This document shows, in pieces, positions 39,463 to 52,850 of a DNA stretch of 64,000 bases (position 1 is its first letter; each line of letters begins with the position of its first letter). The translations under genes were made by a program, and so were the position numbers. Source of the stretch: Squalus acanthias (lineage: Eukaryota); contig CM059431.1 of the NCBI GenBank assembly GCA_030390025.1, positions 146,384,001 to 146,448,000 on the forward strand, in the 5' to 3' direction. Under the pieces are notes generated by a model. That model searched no databases. It worked only from the letters and a program-made list of their open reading frames with translations, and was not told the origin of the DNA.

Positions 39463-39603
39463 GTAAGTACCAGACTGTGTGAGATTGTGTTTATAATAAC
39501 TGAATGTTTGACGCTGAACATTATTAATAGTATCAGTAATAGTGTTATTAATAAACTCTATGGATTTACTCTGATTCCTGTTATTTCTCTCTCTCATCCC
39601 CAG

Positions 39604-39771
39604 GTTGGATGATGTCGGTCTCACAGATTCTGGTGCCGAGGATCTCGCCTCCGCTCTCAGTACAAACCGGTCACTGACGGTTCTGAACCTGGGATCAAAC
39701 TCCTTCACAGACCGATCTGTCCCCGCTCTCCGCCGCCTCATACTGACCTGCAGGAGTCTGGAGCGGATCTG
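39604..39771 (+). CDS. NLR LRR exon 5 (168 bp)
   Basis: ccccag| ... |gtgagt; LDDVGLTDSGAEDLASALSTNRSLTVLNLGSNSFTDRSVPALRRLILTCRSLERI. Confidence 0.9.
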
Positions 39772-39943
39772 GTGAGTGTTTGTGTTAATGTTTAATGTAA
39801 TTAATAAAATATCAATGGGATTCAGTCACTTTTATGGGTAATATTTGTCTGTAATTATTATTGAAATATTAGCCCCAGTCTCCCTGTTGTTTACACTGTT
39901 GTTCAATCTGTTTATTTCCTGTTTAATCTTTAATCTGTTTCAG

Positions 39944-40049
39944 GCTGATGGGGAATCAGTTCAGTTCAACCGGAGAGAGACAGCTGAAGTCTCTTCAGGG
40001 AACAAGACGTGGACTGAGAGTGGTTTTTAATTTAACGGATTTAATTTAA
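39944..40049 (+). CDS. NLR terminal coding exon (LMGNQFSSTGERQLKSLQGTRRGLRVVFNLTDLI*)
   Basis: tttcag| acceptor, continues the phase-2 frame, TAA at 40047-40049. Confidence 0.85.
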
Positions 40050-40378
40050 GTAACATAATTAATTTAAGCTGCGCGAGCGTCATCTCCCATTGTGAGGCCA
40101 GAGGCCCAGCCACAGGGTCCGGAGACTCAGTCGCCCGGCCCCACAGCGCTGCTTCTGCAGGATATCCGGGGCTGAATGTTCCCCAATGGGGCACTGGGGA
40201 AATGCACTAACAGGAAGGGCCCAGGGTGGGGCGGAGTCTGGGCTGCAGTGGGACACTGACAATTGCACTCAGTATTCCTGGGTGTGTCTCCCTGTGAGGA
40301 GTCAGACTCTGTAACAAGTGTCCCTGTGTACAGTGTGTGTCTCTCCCAGTGATGAGTCGGACTCTGTAACAAGTGTCC

Positions 40379-40680
40379 CTGCAACCCTCCGAGATCTCTC
40401 CACGCCTCTGAGCTGTTGCACATCCTCGATTTTCGTTGCTCCACATTGGTGTCATGACTTCAGCTGCCAAGGCCCTAAACCATGCAATTCCCTCCCTAAA
40501 CCTCTTCGCAGCTCTACCTCCCTCTCCTCCTCCTTTAACTGCTTTTTAAAACCTACCAGTTTCACCGAGCTTTGGGCCATCTCTCCTAAAATCTCTGTGG
40601 CTGTGTCAAATTTTGTCTGCTAATTGCCTTGTGCCCTTTCATTACATTAAAGCCGCTATATAAATGCAAGTTATTGTTGT
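40379..40680 (+). mobile_element. L2-like 3' end fragment in the NLR 3' UTR region
   Basis: Resembles 8030-8343 (caaccctccgagatctct ... gctatataaatgcaagttattgttg). Confidence 0.6.
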
Positions 40681-40694
40681 CCCTGTGTTGTGTT

Positions 40695-40700
40695 AATAAA
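40695..40700 (+). terminator. Candidate polyadenylation signal of the NLR gene
   Basis: First AATAAA I found downstream of the stop codon, about 650 bp away. Confidence 0.4.
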
Positions 40701-41004
40701 ACTCCACCGCTTACTTCAGCTCACGCCAGGTCTCCTCGACATTTTCAATAACTGGCTTCATTGTTTTAATATATTAAATGAAGGTTTCTCTAAAGTACAT
40801 CCCACCTTCTCTCCCTCTGGAGGAGGTCTCAGTCGGTCCCCTCTGGACGAGGCCTTGGTCAGTACCCTCTGGAGGATGTCTGAGAGTAAAAGCTGCTCTG
40901 GGATCTTTTCATTCTTCTAATACCCCTCCACTCAAATCAAGACAAGACACGCTGGCAGGCAGTGAGAGAGACACATGAAATCAAGACAATATGCAGAATA
41001 GAAA

Positions 41005-41239
41005 TGAAAAGAGAAATTGCTGGACATACTCAGCAGGTCAGGCAGCATCTGAGGAGAGAGAAACAGAGTTAACGTTTCAGGTCGATGACCTTTCGTCAGA
41101 ACCTTGACAGAAACTGACGAAAGGTAATCGAGATGAAACGTTAACTCTGTTTCTCTTTCTCTCTCCACAGATGCTGCCTTATCTGCTGAGTATTTTCAAT
41201 ATTTATTCAGATTTCCCACATCCACAGCATTTGCTTTTG
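41005..41239. mobile_element. Foldback Penelope-tail insertion with two opposed hammerhead motifs
   Basis: 14-bp TSD atgcagaatagaaa at 40991-41004 and 41240-41253; minus-strand GTT-CTGACGA-A-AGGTC(atc)GACCT-GAA-ACGT-T-AAC at 41067-41102. Confidence 0.85.
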
Positions 41240-41435
41240 ATGCAGAATAGAAAGCCTGTTTCTGCCGGCCGCTAAATTAAAAGATAAAATACTGAAAACT
41301 GTCTGTTTGCTTTTAAACTGCCAAACAGAGCAGAGCAATGATAGAAATCAACTTTCTTTCATTGTTGACAGTGATTTGAGGCAATTTTGCGGGCTGGCCT
41401 CTGTGAGTGTGAGTGTGCAAAAGCTGGTGTGTACA

Positions 41436-44036
41436 GAAGATAGGAGCAGGAGTAGGCCGTTCGGCCCCTCGAGCCTGCTCCGCCATTTAATGAGATCGTG
41501 GCTGATCATCCAAATTCAGTACCCTGCTTTCTCACCATATCCCTTGATCCCTTTAGCCTTAAGAAATATATCTATCTCCTTCTTGAATATATTTAATGAA
41601 TTGGCCTCAACTGCCTTCTGTGGTAGAGAATTCCACAGGTTCACCACTCTCTGGGTGAAGAAATTCCTCCTCATCTCAGTCCTAAATTGCTTGCCCCTTA
41701 TCCTTAGAATGTGACCCCTGGTTCTGGAATCCCCGCCATCGGGAACATCCTTCCTGCATCTAGCCTGTCTCGAGCTGTTAGAATTTTATAAGTTTCAATG
41801 AGATCCCCTCTCATTCTTCTAAACTCTAGCAAATATAAGCCTAATCAAGCCAATCTCTATTCATACGTCATTCCTGGCGTCCGAGGTATCAGTCTGGTAA
41901 ATCTTCGCTTTACTCCTTCCATGGCAAGAACATCCTTCCTCAGATAAGGCGACCGAAACTGCGCACACGACTCAAGGTGTGGTCTCACCAAGGCCTTGTA
42001 CAACTGCAGCAAGACATCCTTGCTCCTGTACTCGAATCCTCTCACTATGCAGGCCAACATACCATTTGCCTTCTTAACAGCCTGCTGCACCTGCATGCTT
42101 ACCTTCAGCGACTGGTGCACAAGGACCCCCAGGTCTCGTTGCACTTCCCCTTTTCCTAATCTATTGCCGTTCAGATAATAATCTGTCTTCCTGTTTTTGA
42201 CACCATAGTGGATAACCTTGCATTTATCCACATTATATTGCATCTGCCCAATCACCCAACCTATCCAAATCATACTGGAGTTTCTCTGCATCCACCTCAC
42301 AGCACGCACGCCCACCCAGCTTTGTGTCGCCTGCAAAGTTAGATATATTACATCTAGTTCCCTCGTCTACATCATTAATATATATTGTGAATAGCTGCCG
42401 TCCTTCCACCGATCCCTGCAGTACCCCACTAGTCACTGCCTGTCACTCGGAAAAAGACCCGTTTATTCCAACTCTTTGCTTCCTGTCTGCCAACCAGTTC
42501 TCTGTCCAAATCAGTACCTTACCCCCAATCCCATGTGCTTTAACTTTGCACGCTAATCTCTTATGCGGGACCTTATCGAAAGCCTTCTGAAAGTCCAAAT
42601 ACACCACTTCCACTGGTTCTCCCTTATCTATTCCATCAGTTACAGCCTCAAAAAATTCCAGTAGATTAGTCAGGCATGATTTACCTTTTGTAAATCCATG
42701 TTGACTTTGTCCAATCCTGTCACTGTTTTCCAAGTGCTCTGCTATTACATCTTTTATAATGGACTCTAGCATTTTCCCCACTACCGATGTCAGGCTTAAC
42801 GGTCTATAATTCCCTGTTTTTTCTCTACCACCTTTTTTAAACAGTGGGGTTACATTGGCTATCCTCCAATCCATGGGAACTGTTCCAGAGTTTATATAAT
42901 TTTTAAAGATGAGCAGCAATGCATCTACTATTTCTAGGGCCACTTCCTTAATTACCCTAGGATGTAGATTATCAGGCCCTGGGGATTTATCGGCCTTCAA
43001 TCTCGTCAATTTGCCTAACACCATTTCCCTACAAATCCTTATTTCATTCAATTCCTCCCTCTCATTAGACCCTATGTTCCCCAACATCTCTGGGAGTTTA
43101 TTTGTGTCCTTCTTTGTGAAGACAGAACCAAAGTATGTATTTAATTGGTCAGCCATTTCTTTGTTCCCCATTATAAATTCCCCTGATTCTGACTGCAAGG
43201 GACCTACGCTTGAATTCACCAATCTTTTTCTCTTCACATATCTATAGAAGCTTTTACAGTCAGTTTTTATGTTCCCTGCAAGCTTACACTCATATTCTAT
43301 TTTCCCCCTCTTAATTAATCCCTTTGCTGAATCCTAAACTGCTCCCAATCCTCAGGTTTGCTGCTTTTTCTGGCCAATTTATATGTCCTCTCCTTGGATC
43401 TTATGCTATCCCTAATTTCCCTTGTTAGCCACGGTTGAGTAATCTTTTATGTTTTATGTTTATGCCAAACAGGGATGAACAAATTCTGTATTTCATCCAT
43501 GCGATCTTTAAATGTTTGCCATTGCCTATCCACCATCAACCTTTTAAGTAACTCTCCCCAATCCATCCTAGCCAACACACGCCTCATACCATCGTAGTTT
43601 CCTTTATTAAATTTCAGGACCCAACCCAATTGCTAATTAATCCCTTCTCATTACATAATACCCAGTCTAAATGGCCTGATCTCGAGTTGGTTCCTTGACA
43701 TATTGGTCCAGGAAACCATCCCGTATACAATCTAGGAATTCCTCCTCCACAGTATTGTTCCTAATTTGGTTAGCCCAATCTATATGTAGATTAAAGTCAC
43801 CCATGATAACTGCTGTGCCCTTATTGCACGTGTCGCTAATTTCCCGTTTAATGCCATCCCCAACCTCAGCATTACTTTTTGGGGGTCTGTATACAACTCC
43901 CACTAACGATTTCTGCCCCTTGGTATTTCTCAGATCTACCCATACAGATTCCACATCATCAGAGCTAATATCCTTCTTTACTCATGTGTTAATCTCCTCT
44001 TTAACCAGCAATGCTACCCCACCTCCTTTTCCTTTT
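41436..44036 (-). mobile_element. 5'-truncated CR1 LINE (ORF2)
   Basis: ORFs 42443-43237, 41857-42336 and 43667-43954. Confidence 0.93.
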
Positions 44037-45417
44037 TACAGGGCTTGTCTGTGTTCAAGTTATCTGCCGTGTGCATTGTTACTGCATCTCATGTCTGGAA
44101 AAAAAAACAAAGCATATACCATTAGATCATACTGAATTAATTCCAGACTGCACTATTGTGGGATCTTACTTTGCCTTTCAAGAATTTTGTAAAAAGCAAG
44201 GCTACATATATACATCAAGCCATTTGATATTTTTCTGAACTGGACTTTATAGGGGAATGTTTGTGCAGTGTTTCATGGCCCATCCTGTTGTGGGACCTTA
44301 TTCTCCCCTTCAGCCCAACCCAAACAAGACAAGACATTTGTAAAAAAAAAAAACTATATATTATATTTTTTAATTATTTTCAGAATAATCCATTTGATTT
44401 TTTCTGGACTGGGCTTTATTGGGGAATGTGCTTGGGATGTTTTCAGAGCGAATGCTGCTGTGCCATCATTCCATTCATTTTATTACATATATAAGTATAT
44501 ATGTTATTATTTATTCCCGATTGTATTTACTTCTTTTCACCCTCCCGGGTCTTCATTTCCTCTCGGGGACCCGGATTTCTAGGGCCTTGGCTTCACTTCT
44601 TCCTGTTTGATTGTCGTCATCAAACATGGACGCACAGCCAGGAAGGGACTTCATCAAAAATTGACACTCCCAGGTTGCAAAATCCCTTTCAAAATAAATA
44701 TGTGTGTGTGAGTTTCTACAAATTGTAGAGTCTGTGTGAGTGAGTCTGTATGTGCGTGGGTGTCTGTGTTTCTGCATATTGCAGAGTCTATGTGAGTGTG
44801 TCTGTATGTGCGTTGGTGTCTGTATGTCTGCAAATTGCAGAGTCTGTGTGAGTGTGTGTCATGTTATTGTACATTTTAGTTCAATGTGTTTGGGAGGGAG
44901 ACTGTGTGAGTGGCAGACAGTCAGTGAGAGCGAGAGAGACGTGAAAACAAAAGGCAAGTTGCAGAATAGAAAGCCTGTTTCTGCAGGCCACAAAGTGAAA
45001 AGGTAACATACTGAAAAGTGTCTTTTTCGTTTTAATCTTCCAACACGGCAGTCATCCCTCTGCAGGCTGGCCAGGCTGTGAGTGTGTGTGTGAGAGAGAG
45101 ACAGGACAAAAGCTGGTGTTTGTGTGAGATGTGGTCTGCTGTCTTATTACTTGTTGTTGTTGTATTAAACCCTATTGATTTCATTCTGGTCTGGTCCACA
45201 TGTAATGCTGTTGTGTATCACTTTATTGCACTTTATTTCACTTCACCTCACTTCAAGACAGTCGGTGAGATACTGAAAAATATATTTGTGGACTGTCTGA
45301 CAGTTAAAGCTGCTTTGGGATCTTTGCATTCTTTTTATTCCACAACACTGAAATCAAGACAAGGCAGGCAGGCAGGGAGAGAGACACATGAAAGCAAGAC
45401 AACATGCAGAATAGAAA

Positions 45418-45663
45418 TAAAAACAGAAACTGCTGGAAATACTCAGCAGGTCAGGCAGCATCTGTGTAGAGAGAGAAACAGAGTTAACATTTCAGCTCGA
45501 TCACCTTTCGTCAGAACCTTGCCAGAATCTGACAATAGGTCATCGAGCTGAAACATTAACTCTGTTTCTCTCTCTCTCCACAGATGCTGCCTGACCTGCT
45601 GAGTATTTCCAACAGTTTCTGTTTTAATTTCAGATTTCCAGCATGTGCAGTATTTTGCTTTTG
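45418..45663. mobile_element. Duplicate of the 41005-41239 foldback element
   Basis: Same TSD (45404-45417 and 45664-45677) and same flanks. Confidence 0.85.
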
Positions 45664-45796
45664 ATGCAGAATAGAAAGTCTGTTTCTGTAGGCCGCAAAA
45701 TGAAAAGATAAGATACTGAAAAGTGTTTTTTTGCTTTTCAACTGCCAAACACAGCAGAGCAATGCGAGAAATCAACTTTCTTTCACTGCTGACAGT

Positions 45797-45798
<2 letters not shown>

Positions 45799-45831
<33 letters not shown>
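45799..45831 (+). repeat. (TG)n microsatellite
   Basis: Direct reading. Confidence 0.95.
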
Positions 45832-45834
<3 letters not shown>

Positions 45835-46756
45835 GGCTGGTGTGCATGCAGGGCATGTCTGTGTTCAAGTTATCTGACATGTGCATTGGTACTGCATCTC
45901 ATGTCTGGAAGAAACAGAAAGTATACACCATTAGATCATGCTGATTTCATTCCAGACTGCACTGCTGTGGGATCTTACTTTGCCTTACTTTCAAGACTTG
46001 GAAAAAGTCAATGCTACATATATACATCAAGCCATTTGTTTTTTTCTGAACTGGACTTTATCGGGGAATATTTTTGAGGTGTTTCAGAGCATATGCTGCT
46101 GTGGGATCTTACTCTCCCTTTAATTCCCAACCCAACCCACCCAAGACAAGATTTTTGTAAAAACAAAGTATATATAATATATAGTTTTAAATTTACTTTC
46201 AGAATAATCCATTTGATTTTTTTTGGACTGGGATTTATTGGGGCATGTGCTTGGCGTGTTTTCAGAGCAAAAGCTGCTGTGGGATCTTTCCATTCATTTT
46301 ATTCCACTCCACGCAAATCACAGACAGGCAGATATTTTCCTTACAAAAGTAAAGTTCATATATTATTACTTATTCTTGATAGTATTTACTTCTTTTCACC
46401 CTCCGTCCCTGCCCATCTTACCCCCTAGATGCCTGTTCACCCGCTCCACTCCCCCAGTCCCTTGTGGTCCTGAGCTCCTCACGCACTCACTCACGCAGGA
46501 GCTGCAGCCGCCATTCCTTCCTTCCTTCCTGCGCCATGTGCTGCCTGCCTGGGTGTGTCTGTATGAAGCAGCACATCCTCTCAGCGGTTCCAGACAATGG
46601 CAACTCACAGAAGCCGGGCGAGACCCCGCTCTGCAACACAGGCTGCGCGCTCATTTAAAGTGACAGTCCATTGAAAAGTGATATGCCATTGCAAAGTACT
46701 ATTATATTGCAAGGTTCTATTCCATTGCAAAGTGCTATTCCATTTCAAAGGACAAT

Positions 46757-48462
46757 TATACAATCATAAACATTTGCGCCACAGAAGGAGGCCATTCGGC
46801 CCATCGAGCCCATGTCGGCTCTCTGCAAGAGCACTTCAGCTACTCCCACTCCACCGCCCTTCCCAGTATCCCTGATTTTGTTTCCCTTCAGGTAATTATC
46901 TAATTCCCTTTTGAAAGCCATGATTGAATCTGCCTCCACCACCCTTTCAGACAGTGCATTCAAGATCCTAACCACTGGCTGCGTCAAAAAGCTTTTCCTG
47001 ATGTCGCCTTTGGTTCTTCTGCCAGTCACCTTAAAGCTGTGTCCTCTGGATCTCGACCTTTCCGCCAATGGGAACAGTTTCTCTCTATCTGCTCTGTCCA
47101 GACCCCGCATGATTTTGAACACCTCTATCAAATCTCCTCTCAACCTTCTCTGCTCTAAGGAGAAGAGCCCCAGCTTCCCCAGTCTATCCACATAACTGAA
47201 GTCCCTCATCCCTGGAACCATTCTTCTAAATATTTTCTGCACCCTCTCTAAGGCTTTCACATCCTTCCTAAAGTTTGGTACCAGGAATTGGACACAATAC
47301 TCCAGTTGAGGTCGGACCACTGTTTTATAAAGATTCATCATAACTTCCTTGCTTTTGTACTCTATGCCTCTATTTATGAAGCCCAGGATCCTGTTTGCTG
47401 TTTTAAACACTTTCTCAACCTGCCCGGCCACCTTCAACGATTTGTGCACATATATCCCCATGTCTCTCGGTTCCTGCACCCCCTTTAGAATTGTACCCTT
47501 TAGTTTATATTGCCTCGCCTCATTCTTCCTACCAAAATGTATAACTTCTCAATTTTCTGCATTAAATTTCAGCTGCCACGTGTCCGCCCATTTTACCAGC
47601 CTGCCTATGTCTTCCTGAAGTCTATCACTCTCCTCCTCACTGTTCACTATGCTTACAAGTTTTGTGTCATCTGCAAATTTTAAAATTGTGCCCTGTACAC
47701 CCAAGTCCAGGTCACTAATATATATCAAGTAAATCAGTGGTCCTGGTACTGACCCCTGGGGAACACCACTGTATATCTTCGTTCAGTCCAAAAAAACAAC
47801 CGTTCAGCACTACTCTCTGTTTCCTGTCACTTAGCCAATTTCGTATCAATATTGCCACTGTCCCTTTTATTCCATGGGCATTAACTTTGCTGGCAATCCT
47901 ATTTTGTGGCACTTTATCAAATGCCTTTTTGAAGTCCATGTACACCACATAAACTGCATTGCCCTCATCAACCCTCCCTGTTACCTCATCAAAAAACTCG
48001 ATCAAATTAGCTAAACACCATTTGCTCTTAACAAATCCCTGCTGCCTTTCATTAATTAATTCACACTTGTCCAACTGACAATTTTTTCCCGGATTATCAT
48101 TGTTTAAAGCTTCCCCTCTACCGAGGTTAATCTGACTGGCCTTTAGTTGCTGGGTTTATCCTTACACCCTTTTTTGAACAAGGTTGTAACAATTGCAATT
48201 CTCCAGTCCTCTGGCACCACCCCCTTATTTAAAAAGGTTTTTAAGATTATGTCTAGTAACTCCGCCATTTCTACCTTTACTTCCCTCAGCATTCTACGAT
48301 GCCTCCCATCAAGTCCTGGTGACTTATTTACTTTAAGTATAGCCAGCCTTTTCTAGTACTTCCTCTTTATAATTTTTTATCCCATCCAGCATCTCCTCTT
48401 TCACAATGACTTTGGCAGCATCTTTTTCCTTGGTAAAGACAGATACAAAATACTCATTTAGT
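46757..48462 (-). mobile_element. CR1 LINE 3' part
   Basis: ORFs 46745-47479 and 47715-48074. Confidence 0.92.
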
Positions 48463-49075
48463 AAAATAACAACAGAAAACGCTGGAAAAACTCAGGAGGC
48501 CAGGCAGCATCCGTGGAGAAAGAAACAGAGTTAACGTTTCAAGTTGAAGACCCTTCGTCAGAACTGGATAAAGCAGGAAATGAAATAGATTTAAAGCAAG
48601 GATAAAGCTGGGAAAAGGGGGAGGGGATGAAAGAACAAAAGGAGAGATTAAGAGACATTGAGAGACATTAAGAGATGATCAAGGCAAGAGGAGGTGTTGA
48701 TGCTTGTGGGAGGGAGAATATTTCTGAAGTGAAGCCTGTTGGGAGGCAGTCAGTCTGGGTGTGTGAGAGAAATGCGCTGTACAGGCGGGATTCCTGGAGA
48801 AGAAAATGCCCAATGTAGAGGGTGTATTGAAGCACGTCAGTCAGTGATGGTCGCTGTGTGAACTTCAGCAAAACTGATTGATACAATTCGAAACTTTGCA
48901 TGGAAGCCGGATTTTTTTCTCAGTCTTGAAACCTCCATTTGTCCGAAAATCCACAGCCTCTTTGAGAACAGGGTTTCAGATTTCTATTGCAAAAGCAAAA
49001 TACTGTGGATGCTGGAAATCTGAAATAAAAACTGAAAATGCTGGAAATACTCAGCAGGCCAGGCAGTATCTGAAT
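48463..49075 (-). mobile_element. Penelope-like tail fragments with a hammerhead motif (48529-48564)
   Basis: Same tail as 33110-33216; minus-strand AGTT-CTGACGA-A-GGGTC(ttc)AACTT-GAA-ACGT-T-AACT. Confidence 0.7.
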
Positions 49076-49099
49076 GCAGTAATTCTGATGGCAGTGAAC

Positions 49100-51180
49100 A
49101 AGGGTCCATACAACTGACGCATAACCTCCTCCTCCATGTCCAGCCCCCTTGAGATAAAGGGCAGGATTACATTAGACTTTTGACTGATTTCTGTACATGT
49201 CGACTAGTTTTTAATGATTTGTGAATCGAGACTCACAAACCTCTTTTCTCCTCAACAGTTAAAAGCTTTCCATCATTTAGAAAATAAATTGATTATCTTA
49301 CTTGGTTCCAAAGTGGATGAGCTCACACTTCCGCGTAATGAATTCAAGTTGTCTTGTTTTGCCCACTCACTTCATCTGTCTCTGTCGCTTTGGTTACTTC
49401 CCGCTCCCATTTGCACTACTACCGTGCTTCCTAACTTAGCATCATCTTCAAACATGGATCTACAGCACTCTATTGCTCCATCCAAGTCAATAATAATTAG
49501 CCCCTCGAGCCTGTTCCAAAATTCATTGAGATCAAGGCTGATCTAGGACCGAACTCCATATACTCGCCTTTGGCCCATATCCCCCAATACCTTTAGTTAA
49601 CAAAAATCCATCAATTTCAGATTTAAATTAAATATTAACCTAGCATGAACTGCCGTTTGAGGAAGAGCGTTCCAAATGTCTACTCCCTTTGCAGAAAGAA
49701 TTGGTCCCCCAGACACAGACTCCCCAATCATCGGAAATAGTTTCTCTCTATCTACCCTATCAGTTCCCCTTGATATCTTGAAAACTTCGTTCAACTCACA
49801 CCTTAACCTTCTAAATTCCAGGGAATCCAACCGTTTGTGTAATCTCTCCTCATAATATAACCCTTGGAGTCTATGTATCATTCTGGTAAATCTACACTGC
49901 ACTCCCTCCAAGATAATACATCCTTCCGAAGGTGTGGTGCCCAGGACGGAACATAGTATTCCAGGTGTGGTTTAACCAGGGATTTGTATAGCTGAAGCAT
50001 GATTTCTACACCTTATAATCTAGTCCCCTAGATATAAATCCCAGCATTTCATTAGCCTTTTTGATTATTTTCTGTACCTGTCCATGACATTTTAATGATA
50101 TATGTGCACGGAACCATAAGTTTCTGTGGACCCTCAGTGTTTCTAGCTTTGCACCATTTTGAAAGTACTCTGATCTATCATTTTTACGTCCAAAGTCGAT
50201 GACTTCACAATTGCCTACATTAAAATCCATTTCCCACAGATCTGTCCAGTCACTTTTTCCATTAATATCTCTTTGTAATGTTATGCTTTCATCTGCATTG
50301 CTTACAATGCCGCCTATCTTTGTGTCCTCAGCAAACTTGGATATTTGTCTTGGATATCTGGCTTATTAAGAAGCTGGAAGCCCATGGAATTAAGGGGAAA
50401 GTGGCGGTATGGATACAAAATAGGCTCAGTGACAGGAAGCAAATGGTGGAAGTGAATGGATGTGTTTTCAGACTGGGTGGGGGCGGGTAGCTGTCCATGG
50501 TGTTCATCAAGCGTCATTTTGGGTCATTACACTTTTCATTTTTTATAAACAACCTGGAGAGCAGTATTATCAAGTTTTCAGATGATACACTTGGAAACGT
50601 AAATGATAGTGTTGAGGATAGTTATAGTCTTCAGGATAACATAGCAAGGATGGTGAGATGGGAAGAAGCATAGCAGAGAAGTGCGGAGAAGTGTAAGTGA
50701 TGCACTTTGGGCGGGGTAAAATGGAAAGACAGTGTGCTATAAATGGCACAATTTTGAAAAGTGTAAATGAGCAGAGAAACCTTGGTGTCCATATACACGA
50801 ATCCTTAAAGGTGGAAGGGCAAGTTGACAAGTGGTTAAAAATCATATCGTTTACTTGGGTTTCCAAATCGAGGAATAGAATAAAAAAGAAAAAATCTCAT
50901 GCTGGAACTTTATAAATCACTGGTAAAACCTCAGCTGGAGTATTGTTGACAATTCTGAGGACCAGACTTCAGGAAGGATGTAAAGGCCTTAGAAAGGGAA
51001 CAGAGGAGGTTTACCAGGATGTTACCGGGGATGAGGGTCTTCAGTTATGAGGACTGGTTGGAAAAGTTAGGACAATTATCCTTGGAACAGAGAAGTTAAG
51101 AGGATGAGGTGAAATTTGATAGAGTAGATAGAAAAAAACTATTCCCTCTGGGGAGTGGGTCAAGAACTCGAGATATTGGC
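49100..51180. mobile_element. Mosaic of old CR1 fragments (minus strand to about 50350, then plus strand)
   Basis: EGVQCRFTR, CEVIDFGRKN, IKKLEAHGIKG, MHFGRGK. Confidence 0.8.
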
Positions 51181-51280
51181 TAGTTTTACATACCAGTGAA
51201 TCCCCAGTCAAATTACCGCATCAAATGCCGAGTTTTATGCCAGATGCTAATCTTTTCCCAATAGCGTGTTAGACTCTCAC

Positions 51281-51494
51281 CTCGGAAAAATCATCGACTG
51301 AAGAGATTCTCAGTAAAGCTCATCACATTTCCAATCTCTGTTGAATCTTCCCGTTTCCGGTCTTCGACACTGGGGGTCTTGGTCCCACCAGATCTTCTCT
51401 ATGAACCAAGCGACCTTTCTCCAGTCCCAGTTAGTGTAGTGATGATTCGACTTCTATATTTCTACCTTCCTGGGATACTGCTCAATCAAAGAAA
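51281..51494 (-). pseudogene. Decayed exon, copy A, of an unidentified gene
   Basis: AG acceptor and ag|gtgaga donor; paralogous to 52632-52850; frameshift and two stops. Confidence 0.5.
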
Positions 51495-51994
51495 CTTTTA
51501 AGATAAGCATGATTCATCTTAATTATAGAATCTGTTACGGGAAAACAATGGGACTATTTTTGTGAATATTAATATATTTAATTTTAAAATATTTACAACA
51601 TGGTTGAATTAATTACTTTAATGTTAAATAGTTCTTTTGTTTGCCCCTATTTATAGGGACTAAAATCACTCACAATATCTGCTGTCAAATCCATATCCGC
51701 CCACAGTGACACACCACTGATGGGGCGTAACCAGGGGCGGAAACCTGCCTCCATGCGATATCACAAAGTAGATAGGAGCCAATCATACAGCGGCCAGGAG
51801 TAATGTCACAAAGCAGCCGGAGCCCCGCCCAGTCGATGTGTTCCAGGGTCACATGGCCAGGCTCTGGTCCTGGTGCGCAGTCTCATTGGGCATGTACACA
51901 GGTTGTGCAATCAGTCCTGTCTCCGACCTCGCTCAGAGCATCAGAGACAATAAGTGGAGGGATCATCAGTGGTATCAAGTGGCTGAATCCTCGG

Positions 51995-52500
51995 GTTAGG
52001 GACAGTACCCGTAAGATATAGGATAAATTCCCCTCAACACTGTACCATAGAACACTCCCAGGGCAGGTATGGCATAGGTTACATACAGAGTAAAGCTCCA
52101 TCTACACCTTACAATCAAACTTTCCCAGGGCAGGTACGGCATAGGTTAGATGCAGAGTAAAACTCCATCTGCACCGTGCAATTAAACTCTCTATGGGCAG
52201 GTACAGCACGAGTTATTACAGAGTAAATCTCCCGCTCTATTATCCGCTCAAATACTCCCAGGGCAGGTACAACACGGGTTAGATACAGTGCAAAGCTTCC
52301 TTTCTACTGTCCCGTCAAATACTACCAGGGCAGGTACTGCAGACGTTAAGTACAGTGTAAATCTCGCTATATTTTGGTTCCGCAAGAACTTGCAACTCAG
52401 ATACAGCATTTGGTCAATGCAGCGTAAAGCTCCTCTGACACTACCCAATGAAGCATACCAATCAGGTACTGCACGGTACGGTTACAGGATAAAATTCCAC
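51995..52500 (+). repeat. Tandem repeat of about 67 bp, about 7 diverged copies
   Basis: gggcaggta recurs at 52061, 52128, 52195, 52261 and 52328. Confidence 0.9.
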
Positions 52501-52631
52501 GTGCATGTAATTTTCCAGGTGAATTATGGGCAAGATTCGCAGACGAGTCAATCCCCAGTCACATTGCCGCATCAAAGGCCGATCCTTACTGCAAATATTG
52601 AACAGCTGCTCAAACAGGGATTGACTCTCAC

Positions 52632-52850
52632 CTCAGCAAAATCCTGGACTGATTGGATATTCAGGAAAACTCCTCATCCTTCCAATCATTGCTGAAGATT
52701 CCTGCTTTATCCCGTCTTTTACACGGAGTGTCCTGGTACCACCAGATATGTTCTGTGAACCCAATGACATTTCTCCGGTCCCAGTTAATGTGATGATGAT
52801 TCGACTTCTCTCTCTGTCCACCTTCCTGAGGTACTGCTGACTCCAAGAAA
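52632..52850 (-). pseudogene. 219-bp phase 1-1 exon-like segment, copy B
   Basis: ttttatattgacag| acceptor and |gtgaga donor; open frame except TGA in the last full codon, where copy A has CGA. Confidence 0.55.

Noticed and set aside
38834..39603. cacagtc/cacactg motifs in LRR introns as V(D)J recombination signals
   Set aside because: No exact CACAGTG heptamer and no ACAAAAACC-like nonamer at 12 or 23 bp spacing.
51720..51835. GC boxes plus CCAAT as a promoter
   Set aside because: Short motifs with no linked first exon or supporting evidence; could be chance or TE-derived.
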